IMG/VR virus record: IMGVR_UViG_3300044998_000632
Span: 1 to 52,384 of that record
From: a virus
Taxonomy: Duplodnaviria > Caudoviricetes
Reading direction: 5' to 3' (one strand)
Length of the DNA stretch: 52,384 nucleotides
Shown: piece by piece, positions 46,010-52,384 of the stretch
Numbering within the stretch: the stretch's first letter is position 1
Layout of the letters: each line of letters starts with the position of its first letter
The notes under the pieces: generated by a model
Told to the model about the DNA's origin: nothing
The model's database searches: none
What the model saw: the letters and a program-made list of their open reading frames with translations, nothing else
Position numbers and translations under genes: made by a program

Positions 46010-47509
46010 TCAGTTGCAGAATTGGAACTCGCGCCGAGCGTTGTAGGCGAGTTTGGCGAGGTCGGGAACTACTGGTACGAGTCGCGACTGCACGGGGCGC
46101 GCAGTCAACAGCCGCCGCAGTGCGGCCGTGCAAGTGCGGTCCATGTCCATGACGTGCGAGACGAACTGCGACATCGTGGGCTCGGACAGCAGTACGTCGG
46201 TGGAGCGGACGCGGAAGAAATCCACCAGCGCATGAATGAACTGGAACTGAGCCAGTGCCCCGATGAACCGCGGCTGCGCGATGGGGCGGCGCCACTCATA
46301 AGTGGCGGCGCCTCGCTCCAGCCGCGAAAGGTTGACTTCATAGTACCGGGTCAGGTTCGACGTGAGGCTGCCGAGACCCGCGCGCCTGACCAGCTCCCCC
46401 CACGGAAGCGAGAACTGTGGCGGCATCTTGTGGCAGTAGCGGGTGTTGGGACGCCCTGCCACAACGGCGTGTACCTCGGTATTACGAGCAAGGAACGCGG
46501 CCAGCAACGCGGCATACATCAGGTCCGGGATGCGACCGTACTCGCCGATGTGAACGTGCATGCCGGCACGGCGCGACCTTCGCCATGCGATTCGCGGCGC
46601 GTACACCCGACGCATGGCGTCCACCACGTCCTCGTATGCACCGAAGCCGGTGACGACCTCGAATCCTTCATTGATGGACCCATCGCGCTCGATATTGATC
46701 TTCTCCTTCGCGTTCATCTTCACCCAGGTGAGCGCCACGTCCCGGGACAGTGCTCGCGATGGCAGAAGCTCCAACTCGACGCCGAACGTAGGCCCCTTGT
46801 AGTTGGGGTCGCGCAGCCCCACGAGATCGCAATAGCCGGACCGTTGGGTTGAATGGTACTCGTTGCACCGCAGGGTGTTGAGCATCCAAGTCACCCTATC
46901 AGGCGCTCGCGGGAAGTGGGAGATCGCGAGCGGGTCCAGGTCACGCACCGTGACGCACTCGCCATCGGATGACACCATAACTGCAGTCGCGCCGCCTGCC
47001 TGCCTGCGAATCCACTGGCGCTTTTGGCCCGGCATTTCTATGGGCACGAACTCCTTCAACATGCATCGCACACACTTGGCGTGCCTCACGCCGCTCGTGT
47101 CGCAGTGCAAATGTCCGTCGGCGTACTCCAGATGTCCGCACGCGGCACGGGAGTAGGAGCGGCTGAACACGTGGTACGCGGCGCCGGAAAACGCCATGAT
47201 GTCGTCCTCGGACGCCGCGGAGGAGTCCAGCCGCGGCCGCGTCAAAAGCGCTGCCACGGATTCAATATCCGGCATTCCGGGCCGTGAGAGCCGAACCAGA
47301 TGTGCCCGCATCGCCGCGGTGTACGCCCGTACGTTGCGCAGCTTACGGAGCTCGCTGAACGACCGGTAGGTGCCGTCGCGGCTCGTGCGCTCATTGGCGC
47401 GCATCTGCTGTCGAATGCACTCCCGGGCCAACCCCACGCCACCGACGGCGAACGTGTGCATCAGAGGCGTCCGGGGATGCCGGCTCGGAGAACTGTAGTT
47501 GAATGGCAT
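46010..47509 (-). CDS. Putative amidoligase (COOH-NH2 ligase, GS/GCS2-like fold), copy 2
   Basis: EYHS, FGVELE, ERDGSI..GFEVVT, AGMHVHI, RYYEVN and TYEWR. Confidence 0.8.
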   Translation of the reverse strand: MPFNYSSPSRHPRTPLMHTFAVGGVGLARECIRQQMRANERTSRDGTYRSFSELRKLRNVRAYTAAMRAHLVRLSRPGMPDIESVAALLTRPRLDSSAASEDDIMAFSGAAYHVFSRSYSRAACGHLEYADGHLHCDTSGVRHAKCVRCMLKEFVPIEMPGQKRQWIRRQAGGATAVMVSSDGECVTVRDLDPLAISHFPRAPDRVTWMLNTLRCNEYHSTQRSGYCDLVGLRDPNYKGPTFGVELELLPSRALSRDVALTWVKMNAKEKINIERDGSINEGFEVVTGFGAYEDVVDAMRRVYAPRIAWRRSRRAGMHVHIGEYGRIPDLMYAALLAAFLARNTEVHAVVAGRPNTRYCHKMPPQFSLPWGELVRRAGLGSLTSNLTRYYEVNLSRLERGAATYEWRRPIAQPRFIGALAQFQFIHALVDFFRVRSTDVLLSEPTMSQFVSHVMDMDRTCTAALRRLLTARPVQSRLVPVVPDLAKLAYNARREFQFCN

Positions 47510-47535
47510 AGGTTGCTCCTTGTAGGTTCAATTGA

Positions 47536-48723
47536 TCAAACACCGGCCGGGGTGTCGGCCACGAGGCACAGATCATGCACCCGCTTCTCTGCGGCCTCCA
47601 GTTCACTTGCGAGCGCGACTGCGCTCGTGAACATGTTCCACTTGCGCTGAACACCGCACAGGGCTTCGTGGAAATCCAGGATCGCTTTCTTGCGCTTGTC
47701 CGTCGTCATGCTCTGAAGGCTGTCGGTGAAGGCGATCACATCCTGCGGTAACGCGCCACTCCACCCCACTGTGGCCAGCAGCAACGTGGACACCGTCCAC
47801 AGATGAGATGGTGCGGTCGTCATCGGCAGCAACTCGACATGGCGCATCAGTGTCTTGACCGCAGAGGCCAGGTCGGCAGGCAGGTGACTCGCCCAGGTGT
47901 AGTTGCGCGGGATGTAGATCATCTCCTTTCCGGTAAGCCCGCGAAACTCCAAGATGCGCAGATCACCGAACTGCGAAGAGTGCGAAAGCTCCCCGAAGGG
48001 CGCAGTCGAAGGCGCAGTCGAAGGCGCAGTCGAAGGCGCAGTCGAAGGCGCAGTCGAAGGCGCAGTCGAAGGCGCAGTCGAAGGCGCAGTCGAAGGCGCA
48101 GTCGGACGCGGGAATGACGTGTATCCCCACGTCGGCCGCGCAAACTCGGGCAGCGAAGGCCACAACGTGTGGTCGGTCACCGCGTAGTTGTTGGACAGCA
48201 GCATGCCGTCGCACTCGAACCAATCCTTGCGGTTGAGCACGTGGAAATGCTTGCGCCCGGCATCGAGGAGCAGGATGCGGTTCTCGCCGATCGCCCGCTC
48301 GATGAACTTGATGACCCCGCTGCACTCCAGCGCATCGGGGCGCATCTGGTCGAGCAAGTCGGCCAGCAGGCGCGTATCACTGGAACCGCGCCTGAGGTCG
48401 GCATCCACCAGCCGGGACGGCAAGGTTCCGTTGTGCATCATGGCGAATCGCGTGCCGAACGCGAAGGGATGCACATTGGCGAGGCTGCGCGACCCCCTCG
48501 TCACGCGGCGGAAGTGCAGCGCATAGGGCGTGTCGCTGGGCCGCCACCGCTCGATGAACTTCACCACGTTGGAGGGCTTCGTCGCCAGCGTGCGAGCCGT
48601 CACCGGCGTGCCGTCGTCGCTGGCAAACATGATCCCCGTGCCGTCGGGGTTGTACTTCATGGCGTCGGTGATCTGCTCTGGAGTGAGCCTCCTGCCGGCG
48701 GGGATGTGGATGATCAAGCACAT
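47536..48723 (-). CDS. Class-II (Ntn) glutamine amidotransferase, copy 1
   Basis: MCLII, NPDGTG, HFRRVTRG, NVHPF, MHNG, SDT and LSN. Confidence 0.85.
   Translation of the reverse strand: MCLIIHIPAGRRLTPEQITDAMKYNPDGTGIMFASDDGTPVTARTLATKPSNVVKFIERWRPSDTPYALHFRRVTRGSRSLANVHPFAFGTRFAMMHNGTLPSRLVDADLRRGSSDTRLLADLLDQMRPDALECSGVIKFIERAIGENRILLLDAGRKHFHVLNRKDWFECDGMLLSNNYAVTDHTLWPSLPEFARPTWGYTSFPRPTAPSTAPSTAPSTAPSTAPSTAPSTAPSTAPSTAPFGELSHSSQFGDLRILEFRGLTGKEMIYIPRNYTWASHLPADLASAVKTLMRHVELLPMTTAPSHLWTVSTLLLATVGWSGALPQDVIAFTDSLQSMTTDKRKKAILDFHEALCGVQRKWNMFTSAVALASELEAAEKRVHDLCLVADTPAGV
47999..48104. repeat. 12-bp perfect tandem repeat (GGCGCAGTCGAA, ~9 units) encoding (TAPS)n
   Basis: Seen directly in the sequence. 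Confidence 0.95.
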
Positions 48724-48765
48724 GTTCACTTTCCTTTCGTTGGTGAGTTGGTTGATGGAACGGTT

Positions 48766-48790
48766 TCACGGGGTCACGGTGACCCCGTGA
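48766..48790. repeat. Palindrome copy 3
   Basis: TCACGGGGTCAC-G-GTGACCCCGTGA. Confidence 0.95.
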
Positions 48791-48793
48791 CTG

Positions 48794-50452
48794 CTACGCC
48801 CTGGCATACGCCTGCTGGGCTTGCGCCTTGCGCATCTCGGCATTGCGCAACTCACGCAGGCGGGGGGCGAACGCCAGCGACTCGGGATGGTCGACGATGT
48901 AGTGTCGCAGCGTCTTCGTGTTGCGCCGCAGGTACGGATCATCAACCAGCGCGTTAGCGAACCCGCTCGCCGTGAGCGGGTTGCACGCGACGGGGTCGCA
49001 ATACTTGGTCAGCGCCCACACCAGTTCAAGTCGCGCCTTGATGCGCCGCGACCGTCCCGTGCCGGCGAAGATGCGCCACTCGATCGACCCATCACGGCGG
49101 ACATTGATCGCGTTGTAGCGATCGACCGGGCTGCCGAACTGCCGCTTCCAGGCGTCCTTGAGCACCTTGCGCGCCGCGTGCCCGCACAGCGGGTTGCGTG
49201 CATACGAGTTGAACCCGCGGCCGAACAGCGGGCGCAGGAAGGGATAGTTCTCCCCGGCGCAGACGGCTCCGAAGAGCCGCTCAATGTGCGCCTCAGGCAG
49301 GCTGCTCGTGCTGATGTGCAACCCGCAATGGTCGGTGTTGTATCTGTAGTCCCGGACGATGCCGCCGAGCCTGTCCGCCCAGTTACGCACCGTGCCAAGC
49401 GTGGACCACCCGGTGATGATCTCTACTCCGTTGTGCTCGTCCAGCGAGGCGTCCTGTTCGAGTACGACGACCGAAGACAAGTCGTCCGAGTCCATGACAT
49501 CGTCCACGAACGAACTGCGCCCCTCGACGTTGAGTTCGCACTCGAAACCGAGGGTGAGCGTATCCACTTGCAGCGGGTCGTCGTAGTGCGACGCGTGACG
49601 CCGGACGGCCAGTTGCCGCTGACGGCTCCCGCTGTGGTACTCGTACAACTGCGGGTGCCCCGTGCCGTCCTCGTCCTCGTCTCCGTCCTCGTCTCCGTCC
49701 TCGTCTCCGTCGGGGTAGATGTCTTCGAGGGAGTCGAGGGCGGGGTCGAAGTAGCTGTCCGAGCGGACGTCGTACCGCAGCGCGTTCATCGCGAACTCTC
49801 GCGACGCGATCGTGGTGCCGTAGAACTCGATCGTGCGCTCCCCGATCAACGAACTCACCTGCCACACGGACTGGCTCTGCCACCGCGTGACGGGAAGCCC
49901 GCCGATGCAGCCCACTGCGACGAGACACGCGCCGTACTTCGGGATCACCCGGAGTTCGACCTCGCACGTCACGTACTTGTCCCCGAACGCAGCGAGCAGG
50001 CGAGAGCCCAGGCAGGACTGGGGAGTGATGAACCGCGTCTTCAGGAGGTGGTTCACTGCCGGCTGGCATTCCGACAGGTCGAGATCGAATCGGTTGCTCC
50101 CCGCCCAACGACCGATGTCCCGGAACTCCCGCCGGTAGCCGATCGGCCGCGTCCGGGCAGGGGTGTTGACCGTGTCGGTCGCGATGTCGCGGCCGACTGC
50201 GAGCATGTTGCTCGCGAAGTTCACGACGCGGCCGACTGCGAGCATGTTGCTCGCGAAGTTCACGACGCGGCACATGCGGTCGAAACTTTTCCAGTCGCCA
50301 TCCAGCGTGACGACGTACGGTGCGGCGGTCTCGACCACCCGGACGGTGGGGTCGCGGCGCACGAGCACCGCCGCGGCCTGATGGAAGTAGTTGAGCACGC
50401 GAGCGTGCAGCCACGAGCACACGCCCGAGTTGAAGTTGAAAGTGATACGCAT
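48794..50452 (-). CDS. Putative amidoligase, copy 1
   Basis: EYHS, LGFECE, EQDASL..GVEIIT, CGLHIS, RYNAIN and SIEWRIF. A (GGAAA)n purine tract precedes ATG 50452. Confidence 0.8.
   Translation of the reverse strand: MRITFNFNSGVCSWLHARVLNYFHQAAAVLVRRDPTVRVVETAAPYVVTLDGDWKSFDRMCRVVNFASNMLAVGRVVNFASNMLAVGRDIATDTVNTPARTRPIGYRREFRDIGRWAGSNRFDLDLSECQPAVNHLLKTRFITPQSCLGSRLLAAFGDKYVTCEVELRVIPKYGACLVAVGCIGGLPVTRWQSQSVWQVSSLIGERTIEFYGTTIASREFAMNALRYDVRSDSYFDPALDSLEDIYPDGDEDGDEDGDEDEDGTGHPQLYEYHSGSRQRQLAVRRHASHYDDPLQVDTLTLGFECELNVEGRSSFVDDVMDSDDLSSVVVLEQDASLDEHNGVEIITGWSTLGTVRNWADRLGGIVRDYRYNTDHCGLHISTSSLPEAHIERLFGAVCAGENYPFLRPLFGRGFNSYARNPLCGHAARKVLKDAWKRQFGSPVDRYNAINVRRDGSIEWRIFAGTGRSRRIKARLELVWALTKYCDPVACNPLTASGFANALVDDPYLRRNTKTLRHYIVDHPESLAFAPRLRELRNAEMRKAQAQQAYARA
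50188..50270. repeat. Exact 39-bp in-frame tandem duplication (RVVNFASNMLAVG x2)
   Basis: Seen directly in the sequence. Confidence 0.95.
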
Positions 50453-50493
50453 GATTCTTCCTTTCCTTTCCTTTCCTTGGTTGGAACCGCGTG

Positions 50494-50518
50494 TCACGGG
50501 GTCACGGTGACCCCGTGA
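50494..50518. repeat. Palindrome copy 4
   Basis: TCACGGGGTCAC-G-GTGACCCCGTGA; supplies the TGA stop of ORF 50502-50714. Confidence 0.95.
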
Positions 50519-50714
50519 TCATGGCGAGGAACGCCGGGAACGCACGCTCGGCGACGAGCGCGAGCGTGAAGACGACGGCGACGGCGATTGCGAGCGCCAG
50601 CATGACCCACTCCGCCGGGTGCTCGTTGCCACCAGTTTCCGCGCCCTCCAGGTGCGAGTACACCTCGCACGCGCCGGGATCGCCGGCGAAGTTGGGGTCA
50701 GCGTGCTCGTCCAT
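50502..50714 (-). CDS. Small membrane protein
   Basis: RBS GGAGG/CAGGA and a C-terminal hydrophobic segment. Confidence 0.5.
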   Translation of the reverse strand: MDEHADPNFAGDPGACEVYSHLEGAETGGNEHPAEWVMLALAIAVAVVFTLALVAERAFPAFLAMITGSP

Positions 50715-50913
50715 TCCTGGCCACCTCCTTGGTGGGTTGCTTGGTGGCGAAGACGCGGGCGATGCGCTCGCGCTCGGTGTCGACGGCACGGGGCACGAGA
50801 GAGAAGCGGTCGCCCTCCCGCGTCGTGCGCTCGACCTCTTGACGCACCATCTCGGCGATGGCGCGCATCCTGCGCTCGTGGTCGGGAATCAGGTGGCTCC
50901 AGATCAACGTCAT
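50698..50913 (-). CDS. Hypothetical early protein
   Basis: RBS AAAGGAAG; its leader is nearly identical to that of the gene starting at 48723. Confidence 0.55.
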   Translation of the reverse strand: MTLIWSHLIPDHERRMRAIAEMVRQEVERTTREGDRFSLVPRAVDTERERIARVFATKQPTKEVARNGRAR

Positions 50914-50947
50914 GATCTTCCTTTCGTTGGTTGGTGAGTTGAGGGAT

Positions 50948-50974
50948 TTCACGGGGTCACGGTGACCCCGTGAA
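50948..50974. repeat. Palindrome copy 5
   Basis: TTCACGGGGTCAC-G-GTGACCCCGTGAA. Confidence 0.95.
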
Positions 50975-51570
50975 TCGACGCAGAAAATGCAGCGGTGCGT
51001 CGGGTATAGCGTGCGTGATACACGACATACCCGGCGCACCGTAGCTACCGGGATGCTTGCCACTTACCCTGTTAGGGCCACACGTAGGTTGCCGCGTCGG
51101 TTTGAGTATGCGCCTGAGCGCGAAAATACCGTCTTGGTTTCCATAGTAGGTATGCAAGTCTTATGGGGTTGAAATAAATCGCCATGGACAGCCCAGTTCA
51201 ATCCATGCGTCACCCTTGTCTCGTCGGTGAGCCTACGCCGCCATTGCTATCGTGAGTCGTCGCCAGTCCATCCCCTCGTGTCTTGGGTACGACTGGGCAG
51301 GTCACGTAAGCGGTCATGGGGGCTCTTACCCCGCACCCTGAGCGTGTCACTCACATGGGAAGCGACCTTCCACCAGCCTTCACTGCGCATGTGTTGGTAC
51401 GTGGTGCGTCGCTGCATGCTTGCCATTACGGCAGGTGCGCTTGCTCGCATATGCACGAAGCGTAGGTTAGGTACTCGGTTTCGTCCGATTCACGGGGTCA
51501 CGGTGACCCCGTGAAATCCTGCCACGAGGGGGGCAGGTACTACGCAATCTGCTTGCGATATCGACTGGAT
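50975..51570 (-). ncRNA. Candidate long structured non-coding RNA / 5' leader
   Basis: No credible ORF, many hairpins, a long-range CCTACGC/GCGTAGG pair, and a position downstream of promoter + boxA. Confidence 0.45.
51489..51515. repeat. Palindrome copy 6
   Basis: TTCACGGGGTCAC-G-GTGACCCCGTGAA. Confidence 0.95.
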
Positions 51571-51582
51571 TGTTAAAGAGCG
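51571..51582 (-). promoter_or_regulatory. boxA antitermination element
   Basis: The - strand reads CGCTCTTTAACA, matching the lambdoid/rrn boxA consensus. Confidence 0.8.
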
Positions 51583-51585
51583 GCG

Positions 51586-51610
51586 ATTGAAGGCGATATT
51601 CACCTTCAAT
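51586..51610 (-). promoter_or_regulatory. 5' hairpin at a boxB-like position
   Basis: - strand ATTGAAGGTGA-ATA-TCGCCTTCAAT: 11-bp stem with one G-U pair. Confidence 0.6.
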
Positions 51611-51617
51611 ACTACGT

Positions 51618-51646
51618 ATTATATCGTATATACCCCCCCTTGTCAA
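51618..51646 (-). promoter_or_regulatory. Consensus sigma70 early promoter
   Basis: TTGACA (51646-51641), 17-bp spacer, TATAAT (51623-51618). Confidence 0.9.
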
Positions 51647-51694
51647 ATGGAAGTAATACTTTGAAACTGGGCCAAGACGGAGTCTACGGGGTAT

Positions 51695-52384
51695 TCACCC
51701 GCTCAGCCTGGGGGTAAACGGCTCGTACCACGGATTGATGACGACGCCGGGGCGCAGCGAGGGGATCAACTCATCCGGGTCAGGCTTGCGCCAGTGGGTG
51801 GCGAGTGCATTGGGGGGCTCGTGATGCGTGGGCAGGCAGCGCACATCGATTGCCTCGTGGATGGCCGCGAGGTTGTCGCGGGTGATCCGCCGCAGGTGGT
51901 CGACGGGCAGGGCGACGGTCACGGCATCGGCCGTGCGACGCACGGGCACGTCGTCAGTGAGCAGGATGTCGAGCAGGACGGACAGCGGGCTGACGAACGA
52001 CAACGCGGTGCGCGGCACGCCCAGGCACGAGGCGTCGGGCATCAGGGGCATGAAGGTCTGGTGGTTGTGGGTGGGGTTGAGCAGGTTGAGCGGGGTGAGT
52101 GGATTGGGTGAGTCGGGGAGGTTGAGCGCCCCGGTGCGGGCGAGCAGCGCGATGGCGTTGTCCTCCAGGAACGGTCCGTAGGCGAGTTGAAGCTGGGTGA
52201 GGATCTGCTCGGGGGTGCGACGGTTGAGCGACCCCGGCGGCCGGCCGCGGCGGGAACTGGTGGGGGCTTCCTGCGGGGCGTGGGCCGAGTGGGCCGAGTG
52301 GGCCGCGCCGGGCAGGCGTGCATCGAGCCTCAGCAGCAGCCGGTATGCCGGCAGGGGCAGGGTGCGGGGGCGGATCGGCGTGGG
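51695..52384 (-). CDS. Hypothetical protein (5'-truncated) with an AT-hook-like RRGRPPGS
   Basis: The frame of ORF 51695-52051 stays open to the window end. Confidence 0.55.
   Translation of the reverse strand, partial: PTPIRPRTLPLPAYRLLLRLDARLPGAAHSAHSAHAPQEAPTSSRRGRPPGSLNRRTPEQILTQLQLAYGPFLEDNAIALLARTGALNLPDSPNPLTPLNLLNPTHNHQTFMPLMPDASCLGVPRTALSFVSPLSVLLDILLTDDVPVRRTADAVTVALPVDHLRRITRDNLAAIHEAIDVRCLPTHHEPPNALATHWRKPDPDELIPSLRPGVVINPWYEPFTPRLSG

Noticed and set aside
51465-51490. Hammerhead ribozyme suggested by CGAAAC on the - strand
   Set aside because: No CTGATGA core was found at a suitable distance.
36371-51515. Palindromic repeats as a CRISPR array
   Set aside because: Spacing is 0.4-6.5 kb with whole genes between copies, there are no 30-40 bp spacers, and no cas1/cas2 or effector genes were recognised.
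1-52384. Integrase/att sites, tRNAs, terminase, portal
   Set aside because: None was recognised by eye. Packaging genes probably lie outside the window, and lifestyle cannot be determined.

Overview
High-GC dsDNA tailed-phage (podovirus-like) genome segment, probably most of a genome. The nested spanin pair points to a Gram-negative host. No terminase, portal or integrase was recognised inside the window. The + strand (1-28747) carries the virion and lysis module: repeat-rich fibre, GroES-like protein, scaffold, major capsid protein, small basic proteins, adaptors, GT2 glycosyltransferase, tail-collar fibre, holin/GH19 endolysin/nested spanins, nozzle, ejection proteins and a ~2480-aa SLT + metallopeptidase polyvalent protein. 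The - strand (28750-52384) carries replication genes (primase-helicase, SSB-like protein, SNF2 helicase, HNH, PD-(D/E)XK exonuclease, PolA) and an early accessory region. Most notable points: (i) six copies of a perfect palindrome with core GGGGTCAC-N-GTGACCCC (five of 25-27 bp, one partial) at gene boundaries of the early region; (ii) a consensus sigma70 promoter, hairpin and boxA antiterminator leading into a ~600-nt structured, apparently untranslated RNA; (iii) two tandem amidoligase + class-II glutamine amidotransferase pairs; (iv) two small proteins resembling type III CRISPR ring nucleases (Csx20-like and Crn4/Unk01-like), which are candidate anti-CRISPRs. Family assignments come from motif recognition by eye, not database searches.
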